Assembly (NCBI GenBank): GCA_963726255.1
Contig: CAVSBL010000002.1
Span: forward strand, 768,001 to 832,000
Reading direction: 5' to 3'
Source of the DNA: Candidatus Bathyarchaeota archaeon
GTDB taxonomy: Archaea; Thermoproteota; Bathyarchaeia; 40CM-2-53-6
DNA: 64,000 nucleotides
A program made the position numbers and the translations under genes. Positions 42,538 to 51,172 of this stretch are shown in pieces. The notes beneath the pieces were generated by a model, which was not told the DNA's origin, made no database searches, and saw only the letters and a program-made list of their open reading frames with translations. Positions within the stretch are counted from its first letter, which is position 1, and the number at the start of each line of letters is the position of its first letter.

Positions 42538-44217
42538 TTGCGAATTCGCGTTGCTATGGCTCAGATTAACGCCACGATGGGCGACATAGTAGGCAATACC
42601 AAGCTCATTCTCGAATATGCGCAGAAAGCGGCTGGAGCTAAAGCGGACATGGTCACTTTCCCTGAGATGGCGATTACGGGTTATCCACCGCTGGACCTTC
42701 TGCCGCCGAGGGAAGTGAGGCCACCTGCAGGCAACCGGAAGCCTGAGGAGGAAGCGTTCGTCCGCTTGAACAAGCAACAGCTCTTTGAACTCGCAAAGCA
42801 ACTCCCTCCGATAACGGCCTTCGTGGGCTTCGTAGATTATGACGAGACACACCTCTACAATGCCGCAGCCGTAATACGGCCCCCAGACGTTGTCAACATA
42901 ATACACAAGACGCTTCTTCCCACGTACGATGTATTCGACGAGCTCCGCTACTTTACACCCGCTCAATCAAACCTGCCCACAACAATCGAGATGAGAGGCG
43001 GATCGGTGGTCGTTGGAACATCGGTTTGCGAAGATATTTGGGACGAAGAAATAGGCTACGGCGTTGGAGTTGTCGACACTCTCTGCGAGCGCGGGGCACA
43101 ATTGATCATGAACCTGAACGCGTCCCCATTCCACGACAAGATTAGAGAAATTCGTTTGCGCATTCTACGAAGGAAAGCACAGAGATTCGGAAAGCCAATT
43201 TTCTACGTCAACATGGTTGGCGGACAGGATGAACTCGTTTTCGATGGACAGAGCTTGGCCGTGGACGCCAAGGGGCGACTTGTTGCCATAGGCAAGCAAT
43301 TTGAAGAGGACCTTGTAATCGCAGACATCGACCTGCCCGGCGGCGAAGCCCTAGCCGGAGAGATTGCTGAACCCGTATACAACCGTGAAGCGGAAATGTT
43401 CAACGCACTAGTGCTAGGCCTTCGGGACTACTTCCGAAAGACAGGATTTACACGTGCGTTAGTAGGTCTGAGTGGCGGCATAGACTCCTCACTCGCCGCC
43501 GCGATAGCCGCCCAGGCCCTGGGAAGCGAGAACGTCACCGGCGTTTCAATGCCTTCGCGCTACTCAAGCGAGCATAGTAAGGACGACGCGAAGGCGCTGG
43601 CAAAGTACCTCGGAATCAGGTTGCTCACGATTCCAATCGAAGATATCTTCTCGGCCTACGAAAAACAGCTTCAGCCGAACTTCCAAAATCGGCCCCCCAA
43701 CGTCGCCGAAGAAAACATGCAGGCTCGCATACGCGGCAACATTCTGATGGCTCTCTCGAACAAATTCGGCGAGCTCGTGCTCTCCACGGGGAATAAGACG
43801 GAGCTCGCCCTCGGCTATGCCACCTTATATGGGGATATGAGCGGAGGGCTCGAAGTAATTGGTGACGTGAGCAAGACAGAAGTCTACGCCCTCTCCAAAT
43901 ACTACAACACAATATCCAACGGGGCGATTCCAGGTAACTGTTTCAGCAAAGTACCCTCAGCCGAGCTGAAACCAGACCAATTCGACCCCTTCGACTATTC
44001 CATAGTTTCACCCCTCGTGGATGATGTGGTAGAGAACCGCCTCTCCGCGAACGAGCTCGTGAAAAAAGGGTACAACAAGGATCTCGTTGACGACGTGTTG
44101 AAACGGATAAGAAAGGCCGAGTACAAACGTAGGCAGGCTCCACCAACAATCAAAATCACGAAGAAAGCCTTCGGTTTGGGCTGGAAGATGCCAATAGTGA
44201 ACAAGTTCGTTTATTGA
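42538..44217 (+). CDS. nadE: Glutamine-dependent NAD+ synthetase
   Basis: Nitrilase domain (FPEMAITGY, CEDIW, GGQDELVFDG) plus synthetase domain (GLSGGIDS, ENMQARIRG, TGNKTE, TLYGD, PSAEL, EYKRRQ). Confidence 0.95.
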   Translation: MRIRVAMAQINATMGDIVGNTKLILEYAQKAAGAKADMVTFPEMAITGYPPLDLLPPREVRPPAGNRKPEEEAFVRLNKQQLFELAKQLPPITAFVGFVDYDETHLYNAAAVIRPPDVVNIIHKTLLPTYDVFDELRYFTPAQSNLPTTIEMRGGSVVVGTSVCEDIWDEEIGYGVGVVDTLCERGAQLIMNLNASPFHDKIREIRLRILRRKAQRFGKPIFYVNMVGGQDELVFDGQSLAVDAKGRLVAIGKQFEEDLVIADIDLPGGEALAGEIAEPVYNREAEMFNALVLGLRDYFRKTGFTRALVGLSGGIDSSLAAAIAAQALGSENVTGVSMPSRYSSEHSKDDAKALAKYLGIRLLTIPIEDIFSAYEKQLQPNFQNRPPNVAEENMQARIRGNILMALSNKFGELVLSTGNKTELALGYATLYGDMSGGLEVIGDVSKTEVYALSKYYNTISNGAIPGNCFSKVPSAELKPDQFDPFDYSIVSPLVDDVVENRLSANELVKKGYNKDLVDDVLKRIRKAEYKRRQAPPTIKITKKAFGLGWKMPIVNKFVY

Positions 44218-44224
44218 CCTGTCT

Positions 44225-45073
44225 TCAGAGCAGCGGGCTAACCAAATGAGCGATACTGTAGGCCTGCTCGCTTCTTACAAAGTGTCTAAGGCCAGGCTCG
44301 AAGGGAAGGACGAAGGGATCATCTGAACCTAGCTTGGCTCCCAAGTATCCTCGAAACATGTTGAAGGAACCTTTCGGGGCAACTCTCGTGGTTAGAGCAT
44401 TCTTGGCGATCCTGCCCAGCGCATATAGGGGGTGGTAGCCCAGGGTCGCCATGGCTGCGCCCCAATAAACAAATTGATGCTTCGCCCCACGGGGCTGGAA
44501 GTGCTCGAACACAAGGTCATCGAACAATCGGGTTCTCAACCCCTTCATGGAAGCCTTGTACAGTAGCCACGTTTCCCATCCCGCCTGGGCTGGGTACATT
44601 CCGCCAACCTCGCGCCAAAACAGCGAAGTAATCATTCGTCCGCTTCCAGATGGCGAGTGTTCACGCGAAAATCCTCCGCCCGACGACGGTCGCCCGCTTG
44701 CAACTACAATTCGCGGATCAGATCTCATCCTCGAAACAAGGGAATTAGTGTAATTCGGTGGGTAGAAGCAGTCGTCGCCACTTACCATGAAGAAGTCCGC
44801 TTCTTGTCTGAATGCGTTCCTGGTTTTCCACGCTAGGTTGATGTTCAATGGAACACGCCGGATATCGTAGCCCCTATCTGGCTTAGTTACCACCTCGACA
44901 GTGTCGCGGTGCTCGCGCTCGTAGCGCCGAAGTATATCAGGCGTCGAGTCGGTTGAACCATCATCAACAACCACGACCCCTTCGGGCTCCAGCTTCTGGT
45001 CAACTATGGAGTCTAGTGTTCGCTGGAGGTGTGAAGCAGCATTCCTAGCCACGACAGCGACCCAATAACCCAA
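44225..45073 (-). CDS. Glycosyltransferase family 2
   Basis: ARN, VVVDDGSTDST, SGDD, GWET. Confidence 0.85.
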   Translation of the reverse strand: MGYWVAVVARNAASHLQRTLDSIVDQKLEPEGVVVVDDGSTDSTPDILRRYEREHRDTVEVVTKPDRGYDIRRVPLNINLAWKTRNAFRQEADFFMVSGDDCFYPPNYTNSLVSRMRSDPRIVVASGRPSSGGGFSREHSPSGSGRMITSLFWREVGGMYPAQAGWETWLLYKASMKGLRTRLFDDLVFEHFQPRGAKHQFVYWGAAMATLGYHPLYALGRIAKNALTTRVAPKGSFNMFRGYLGAKLGSDDPFVLPFEPGLRHFVRSEQAYSIAHLVSPLL

Positions 45074-45076
45074 CCC

Positions 45077-46951
45077 TCACGCCACCAACGCCTCAGCCGC
45101 AAGGCTGGCGCCCACCCGGTCACTGTCTATGAATATTCTATGCCAAAAGTGAAAACCGAGCAGCTGCCACAGTAGCACTTGTTGGCGCCTGTCTCTGGCT
45201 GAGCCGGAAGTGTTCGCGATAAGCTTCTCGACTTTTTGTGCTCGGAAGTATTGTTTGATGACCTCTGATTCGGGGAGAATTTGCCGAACCAGTTCACCAA
45301 CCTCCCCTTTGAACCAGGCTTGAACTTTCACGCTGAATCCCCATTTGGGCTTGCGGAGGCTTTCTTCAGGCAGAACACTTTTCACCGCTTTCCTGAGCAG
45401 GAGTTTCCCATGCGTCCCAAGTGTGTACTTCATCTGCCATGGAACCGCCGCCATCAAGTCGACGATGCGGTTGTCAAGGAGCGGGACTCTGAGCTCAAGC
45501 GAGTGTGCCATGCTCATCGCATCATCCACGGATAGAAGGTCCTCAACAAGCTTCGTCCTCAGCTCTGCGTTGATCAGCCCCTGAAGGAAATCCGTCCCCT
45601 TGAAGAAAGGGCCATATTGACCTGTCAACTTTTCAACTGATGATGCTCCATCTCCGAAGATCTCCTTGGCGAATGAATTTGGGAGCACTCCTGCAAGGAT
45701 TAGATACTCAGATGTGTTGTCGCCGAGCGATTTCAGCACGCGTAGCCGGTTCTTGGTTTTCATATTCGTGGGTAGACTCTGAAGGGTACCACCGGGAACC
45801 TTGAGGATGTGCGCGACTGGGTTCTTCGTGAGCCTTTGAATCCGAAGTGCGTTCTCATATCTCGTGTAGTATCCTGCAAAGACTTCGTCTCCACCGTTTC
45901 CACTCAGGCAAACTGTTACGTATTTTCGTACGAGTTCGCAAACGAACCACGGGTAGAGGTTGTACTTTGGCGCCTCCACGTGCCAGATCATTTTGGGGTA
46001 CAGTTTCATGGCTTGGGAGCTATCAACGGTCAGGTCGTGGTGGTCTGTGCCGAAATGATCGGCTATTAATCGGGCGTCCGCAAACTCGTCCGTCTCCTCT
46101 CCGAAACCCATGCAAAACGTCTTCAAGGGCTGGCTTGAGGCTCGGGAGGCGTAAGCAACTATCGTGCTTGTGTCGAGGCCGCCCGAGAGGAAGCAGCCGA
46201 CTGGGACGTCGGCTACCAACTGATCGCGTATTGATTCCTCCAGTGCCGATTGAAGCTTGTCAACCAGCTGGTCTGCGTCCGCAGTCGCCGTAATGGTTGG
46301 TAGCTGCCAGTAAGTTTCGATTCTCACCGAGCCGTCATGGTAAACGAGAAAACTTGACGGCGGAAGTTTGTAGATTCCTTCGATTAAGGTCCCCGTTCCC
46401 GGGATGTAGCCAAGGTTGAGTACGCTGTAGAGGGATTCCAAGTTCACGGCTCTGCTGAATGGGGTCTGGAGAATTGCTTTCATCTCTGACGCGAAGAGTA
46501 GCGCACTCTTCTGCACGGTGTAGTAGAGCGGCTTTATGCCCATTCGGTCGCGTGCCAGAATCAGCTTTCTTTGCTTTGAGTCCCAGAGCGCGATGGCGAA
46601 CATTCCATTGAGTTTCTTAACGAAATCTTCGCCATACTGTTCGTAGCTGTGAACGATGACTTCGGTGTCAGATTTGGTGCAAAAGCTGTGCCCTTGTGCT
46701 TCCAATTCTTGGCGAAGTTGGCGATAGTTGTAGATTTCACCATTGTAGGTAACATGAACGGTTCCATCCTCGTTCTGTATCGGTTGGTGTCCGCCTTCAA
46801 TGTCTATGATGCTTAGGCGCGCGTTGGCCAGCCCAATATCCTGGTCCAAATAGAATCCTGTATCGTCAGGTCCTCGATGGTGGAGGACATCAATCATTTT
46901 CCTGAGCAGTGATTCATCGTTTAGGCCGGCGAAACCGGCTATGCCGCAGAA
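45077..46951 (-). CDS. asnB: Asparagine synthase (glutamine-hydrolysing)-like amidotransferase, probably glycan amidation; the codon before the catalytic Cys is TTC
   Basis: CGIAGF (Cys codon 46946-46948), HRGPD, RLSIID, NGEIYN, RDRMGIKPLYY, LSGGLDT, SGNGGDEVFAGY; AGGAGG 8 nt upstream of TTC, and an in-frame TAG just beyond. Confidence 0.9.
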   Translation of the reverse strand, partial: FCGIAGFAGLNDESLLRKMIDVLHHRGPDDTGFYLDQDIGLANARLSIIDIEGGHQPIQNEDGTVHVTYNGEIYNYRQLRQELEAQGHSFCTKSDTEVIVHSYEQYGEDFVKKLNGMFAIALWDSKQRKLILARDRMGIKPLYYTVQKSALLFASEMKAILQTPFSRAVNLESLYSVLNLGYIPGTGTLIEGIYKLPPSSFLVYHDGSVRIETYWQLPTITATADADQLVDKLQSALEESIRDQLVADVPVGCFLSGGLDTSTIVAYASRASSQPLKTFCMGFGEETDEFADARLIADHFGTDHHDLTVDSSQAMKLYPKMIWHVEAPKYNLYPWFVCELVRKYVTVCLSGNGGDEVFAGYYTRYENALRIQRLTKNPVAHILKVPGGTLQSLPTNMKTKNRLRVLKSLGDNTSEYLILAGVLPNSFAKEIFGDGASSVEKLTGQYGPFFKGTDFLQGLINAELRTKLVEDLLSVDDAMSMAHSLELRVPLLDNRIVDLMAAVPWQMKYTLGTHGKLLLRKAVKSVLPEESLRKPKWGFSVKVQAWFKGEVGELVRQILPESEVIKQYFRAQKVEKLIANTSGSARDRRQQVLLWQLLGFHFWHRIFIDSDRVGASLAAEALVA

Positions 46952-47094
46952 GATGGGGCCCTCCTAGACGCAGTGATGGTGTCGCTAAACGCTGGGAGAC
47001 TTATGAAATTCGTTATGTCGAGTTACGACACATGCATGTTCCGGAAACGGAACATTAATATACAATCCAACCATACTAACGTCTGGCGATCAAG

Positions 47095-47235
47095 ATGAGC
47101 ATGGTTTGCAAGCTAATCGGCCATCAATTCCGGAATACCTACGTGATAAGCGAAGACGGCGACTTCTTCGAAGTTAATGATGCTCAGTACTGCCGGCACT
47201 GTGGAACAGTGCACGCTAGCCTCCGAGCGAACTAG
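47095..47235 (+). CDS. 46-aa Cys/His micro-protein (C-x-L-x-G-H ... CxxC, DUF1660-like)
   Basis: MSMVCKLIGHQF...QYCRHCGTVHASLRAN*; TATA-like TTAATATA ~35 nt upstream; below the ORF-track cutoff. Confidence 0.65.
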   Translation: MSMVCKLIGHQFRNTYVISEDGDFFEVNDAQYCRHCGTVHASLRAN

Positions 47236-47300
47236 CTCACGAAGATCGGCGAGGGCTACCAAAGCCAGAGCCCGAATCATACTAGCGGTTGAAATCTGCG

Positions 47301-48881
47301 CTAACTTACTGTTGAGCTAGCGAAGACCGGCGTAGGTTCTGCCGGCTTCAGGAGCGCCTTTGTTCTGAACACCGGCCTGTAGACCGGTCCGTAGATGATT
47401 AGGCCAGACTTCCCCTCGTTGTCCAGTCGCCGGATGAGGCTCTCAAGTTCCATTCCCGGCTGAATCTTGTTCGCGCTTTCATCTACAATCAGCACTTTGC
47501 CTTGCTTTAGAACTTCGAAGTTTGACATCAAACGTTCCTTAACAGTGGGCCTGTCGACTGAAACCACTCGAGCGTTTACTGGTAGGGTGTGTTGCTCCAC
47601 CGGCCCATTACAGTCAAATTCCAGGCATCGGTCACGTGCTGGGTAGAAGACCCGTTGGCAGCCATTGCACAACGTGTAGGTCAGTGTCTTTCCGTTGTAT
47701 GGTTCAATTGTCGCAATTATCCTCGGCGCTTCAAGTTTGGCACGGACTGAACCACGCTTGTATTTCACCAACCTCTGGTACGCCTCTAAGCTGATATCTC
47801 GTCTTCTATTCACGTATTCCATCACAGTCGGGACTCGGCTTCTTCGTTCGAGGATTTTGTCTTCGACATGCATCCAAGTGGCGATCGTGTAAGCGCCCGA
47901 ACCGTATGATACCGCGAGAATATCTTGCCCAGGTTTTGCATGGTCGAGGATGTCGCACGTGGCGATCAGCGTGGCTGCCGCGTAAGTGTTCCCAGTATCC
48001 AAGACGCGCAGCCATGGCCGTATCTTCTCCTCGATGAAATCGGGCGTTAGACGAATTCTCTCCTCAAGTTCTGGGTTGTCTAGAATCGGAATTTTCTCTT
48101 GGGCGAGGGTTTTGCACGTTTTAATTGGCATGTAGCCGGATGGTTGGTGGAATGTGATGTAATCGAAATCCATCAGTGAAACCTCAGGGTGTTTCATGAG
48201 GAGACCTTCGATGGCCCCGATGACGTGTTTGATGTAGGCTTCTACGGTTGTTCGGCCGAAGTGGCTTGGGACGCTGGCTCCGTCCCTCCTCCAAAAATCA
48301 AGCGTTAAACTCGAATAAGCTGCAGTGTCAACAATTGTCGCAACAGGGCTATCCCTTCCGAGCAAGAAGGCTCCCGCACCGGCCCCACATGCGTATTCCA
48401 AGGGGTCGCCAATTGGCGCTTGAGCAACATCAGTTCCAACGGCTAGGCCGTACTTGATCCTTCCGCTCAAGATTTGGCTTTCAACGAACGCTGTTGACTG
48501 CATTCCAGAATTACACGCGCCTTCCAGATCGGCAATGTAAACGCGGTTGCCTAAGCCCAGGAAGGATGCGACATGCCGGGCGATGGTGCCCACGGCGTAT
48601 GGTTTTGATTCTGAACCGACGGCGACGGTTTCAATCTCCGCGGGGTCGACGCCAGCCATCTCCACCGCGTTCAGGGCCGCTTCGGTAGCAATCGTTATCG
48701 AATCTTCGCTTATCCCTGCAATGGACTTATCCTTCAGCAACAAGCCGTTCCTTACTTTGTCGAGAAACTGCGGGAGGTCCTTACGTTTCCCTTCGCGCGC
48801 TCGAACTATGAGCTCGCTTTGAATACGCTGAAGTGGGATGTATGCCCCGTACCCAATAATCCCGATTCTTTCGGTTCCCAT
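47301..48881 (-). CDS. Archaeal HMG-CoA synthase fused to a C-terminal DUF35 (Zn-ribbon + OB-fold) domain
   Basis: GSESKPYAV (Glu), EGACNSG (Cys), FHQP (His), GNTY, SYGSGA; C-terminal CNGC..FYPARDRC..C and PGMELE..IRRL..EG..GLIIYG..YRP. Confidence 0.88.
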   Translation of the reverse strand: MGTERIGIIGYGAYIPLQRIQSELIVRAREGKRKDLPQFLDKVRNGLLLKDKSIAGISEDSITIATEAALNAVEMAGVDPAEIETVAVGSESKPYAVGTIARHVASFLGLGNRVYIADLEGACNSGMQSTAFVESQILSGRIKYGLAVGTDVAQAPIGDPLEYACGAGAGAFLLGRDSPVATIVDTAAYSSLTLDFWRRDGASVPSHFGRTTVEAYIKHVIGAIEGLLMKHPEVSLMDFDYITFHQPSGYMPIKTCKTLAQEKIPILDNPELEERIRLTPDFIEEKIRPWLRVLDTGNTYAAATLIATCDILDHAKPGQDILAVSYGSGAYTIATWMHVEDKILERRSRVPTVMEYVNRRRDISLEAYQRLVKYKRGSVRAKLEAPRIIATIEPYNGKTLTYTLCNGCQRVFYPARDRCLEFDCNGPVEQHTLPVNARVVSVDRPTVKERLMSNFEVLKQGKVLIVDESANKIQPGMELESLIRRLDNEGKSGLIIYGPVYRPVFRTKALLKPAEPTPVFASSTVS

Positions 48882-48983
48882 AGTAGACCCCCAGTCTGCG
48901 AGGGTTAAAAGTATGCTAGCCGCTGTCCCACCATATTTAAAATGGGATTACAGTTGTTCACTAAACGTGCAACATCGGAAGTT

Positions 48984-49310
48984 CTATTGCTCGACGCCGC
49001 AGAGATCGCAGAAAATTGCCTCAGCCGGGATGTCCGCCCCGCAATCGTTGCACTTCTTCACACCCGCGGAAGGCGTGGGTTGGGCGGGTCTTGCGGGAGT
49101 TGGCTGGGCTGGTTCCGCCTCGGGCGGGCTTGGCTGTGGGGCTACTGGAGAAGTAGCCTTGCGGTTTGGGTTTTTCAGGTCATTATCCTTAATGTATTTG
49201 TGCAGACCTTTTGAGAGCTGTGCGTAGCTGACAAGTTCGCCCTCCTTCACGCTAAGCAGAGCCGACAATATCTTGTCTGCGAACACAACCTTTTTCGTGA
49301 GGCCGCTCAT
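48984..49310 (-). CDS. Partial SWIB-like domain + Pro/Ala linker + zinc ribbon protein
   Basis: VSYAQLSKGLHKYIKDNDLKNPNRK; PAQPTP repeats; CNDCG...FCDLCG. Confidence 0.7.
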   Translation of the reverse strand: MSGLTKKVVFADKILSALLSVKEGELVSYAQLSKGLHKYIKDNDLKNPNRKATSPVAPQPSPPEAEPAQPTPARPAQPTPSAGVKKCNDCGADIPAEAIFCDLCGVEQ

Positions 49311-49355
49311 TACAAAACCGTTAAACGCTTAGGGCGGGAGTCTATTTAGACTTGC

Positions 49356-49916
49356 TCAGGACCAGGGGATTGGCGGTTTCTTTGCCAACCCGTAGGCGAG
49401 AATAATCGCTCCACCAACCATCAGTGCCCACGCAACGTACGGCACCCGGGGGTCCGGTACATGAGTGACTGTTACCTCGCTGTAACCAATCGAAATCACA
49501 ACGTACTTCTTGAAGAGCGAAGCCCGATTGTCGAAGACGAAGTAGTATGTTCCAGCGTTGGCGGTCGTGAACGTGAAATTGAATTGACCTTGTTTCTCGG
49601 CCGAGAACATGAAGGTAGACTGCTGTCCCGAATTCCATTTCTGGTAGTTGGCGGCGTCGAAAACCATGAACTGGACGTCGCCTGAGGCGTTCGTGGGAGC
49701 CTGTGTTACGTCGAGCGAACCGAAGGCGGAGACGCTGGCCGGCAGGTCATACGTTCGATCGATGACGTCGCCCACAAGAAATTCCGCGTGTGGTTCTACG
49801 GTGCGGTTTTGCACTTGCTGCACCTCGACCGTTACATATTGGCTCAGCATGGTGAGGAGCAGCACGCCCACTACAAGGACGCAAGCGCCCGCCACTGCTG
49901 TTTTGAATAGGACCAT
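49356..49916 (-). CDS. Membrane-anchored GOLD/emp24-p24-like beta-sandwich protein
   Basis: N- and C-terminal TM helices; GQFNFTFTTANAGTYYFVFDNRASLFKKYV resembles the p24 GOLD motif. Confidence 0.65.
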   Translation of the reverse strand: MVLFKTAVAGACVLVVGVLLLTMLSQYVTVEVQQVQNRTVEPHAEFLVGDVIDRTYDLPASVSAFGSLDVTQAPTNASGDVQFMVFDAANYQKWNSGQQSTFMFSAEKQGQFNFTFTTANAGTYYFVFDNRASLFKKYVVISIGYSEVTVTHVPDPRVPYVAWALMVGGAIILAYGLAKKPPIPWS

Positions 49917-50088
49917 TCTGCGATCGCTGAGATCAGCATGTTGTGGAGCGTTATTTGAAATCTTGATGCAAAACAGTCAACTTCCAGCTTAATCGAGATG
50001 CCTTAACTCCAAAATGGTGACTTGCCCAAGTCCGCCATCCAGCAGTAATGGTTAAGACCTATCAGCCTGTTTTTGGCGGCGGTTAAAA

Positions 50089-50199
50089 ATGGACATAGTA
50101 CAACACTTGAAAGATCATCCTAACCGTATCGGCATGACTGTCGGCCTGATCCTACTCGCCTTCATTGCCGTCACCATACTCCTCAAACAATTCCATTAG
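50089..50199 (+). CDS. 36-aa single-TM micro-protein
   Basis: MDIVQHLKDHPNRIGMTVGLILLAFIAVTILLKQFH*, sitting in an intergenic gap. Confidence 0.5.
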   Translation: MDIVQHLKDHPNRIGMTVGLILLAFIAVTILLKQFH

Positions 50200-50248
50200 G
50201 CGAATCAGCACCGGCTCAACGGCCGCTGATTGGAAACGGAAATGGAAC

Positions 50249-51172
50249 TCAGGATAGACGGCCGGCGATTTCTGGGGGCTTAGTGGAAACCGGATTAGTG
50301 GTCACGCTTTCTCCGAGAATTGGACTGTTCTTCGATGCCTCTAAGTCGTGTATTTTCTGCAATTCTTCAATTCCTCTCAATTTGTGTCGAATGAGGGTGT
50401 TCTCCAACTCCTCCTTGAGCAAGTGCAATATGTCTCTGTGAACGTGAACAAACAGTGCGTGTGTTCTGTCTCGCGGACGTTCGAGTGAGATCGGGAATAT
50501 TCTCTTCACCTTCGCCGGGCGTGAAGAAAGAACGACGACCTTGTCTGCTAGTTCTATGGCTTCGGAAAGGTTGTGTGTGACGAGAACGAAGGTCTTACCT
50601 GTCTGCTTGTGTAGCTCTGTGACTTCCTCCCGGAGAATATCTGCGGTGACTTCGTCGATTGCGCTGAAAGGCTCGTCCATGAGTACGACTTCTGGCTGTA
50701 CGGCCAAAGCCCGGGCAATGCCAACTCTCTGTTTCATTCCGCCGGAGAGTTGCTTTGGGTACATGTGCTCGTATCCGGTGAGGCCCACCATTTCGAGGTA
50801 TTCTCGTGAAATGGTACGGCGTTCGGACTTCGGGGTCTTGCGCATCTCCAACCCGTACTCTACATTCTCCTGCACTGTCCTCCACGGGAAGAGTCCGAAG
50901 CCTTGAAAGACCATGCTGATTTTATCGTGCGGGCCTCGAACAGGGCCTCCCTGAAACCGCACTTCTCCTGATGTTGGAGAATCAAGTCCAGCCATGATTT
51001 TGAGTAATGTGGACTTACCGCATCCGCTCGGCCCCACAATGGTGACGAATTCGCCGCGGTCAATTCCAAAGCTGATCTCATGAAGCGCGTGAGTCTTATT
51101 GCGTGCTTCGTAAAATTTGCTTACATTCTGCAATTCCACGTGTGGCTCCACTAAGCCCACCTCTTCGCCCAA
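50249..51172 (-). CDS. NitT/TauT-family ABC transporter ATP-binding protein
   Basis: GPSGCGKST, LFPWRTV, YPKQLSGGMKQR, MDEPF, VTH, RPRDR. Confidence 0.95.
   Translation of the reverse strand: MGEEVGLVEPHVELQNVSKFYEARNKTHALHEISFGIDRGEFVTIVGPSGCGKSTLLKIMAGLDSPTSGEVRFQGGPVRGPHDKISMVFQGFGLFPWRTVQENVEYGLEMRKTPKSERRTISREYLEMVGLTGYEHMYPKQLSGGMKQRVGIARALAVQPEVVLMDEPFSAIDEVTADILREEVTELHKQTGKTFVLVTHNLSEAIELADKVVVLSSRPAKVKRIFPISLERPRDRTHALFVHVHRDILHLLKEELENTLIRHKLRGIEELQKIHDLEASKNSPILGESVTTNPVSTKPPEIAGRLS

Noticed and set aside
49070-49150. Short tandem repeats in the SWIB-like gene
   Set aside because: Explained by the Pro/Ala/Gln linker coding sequence (PAQPTP twice)
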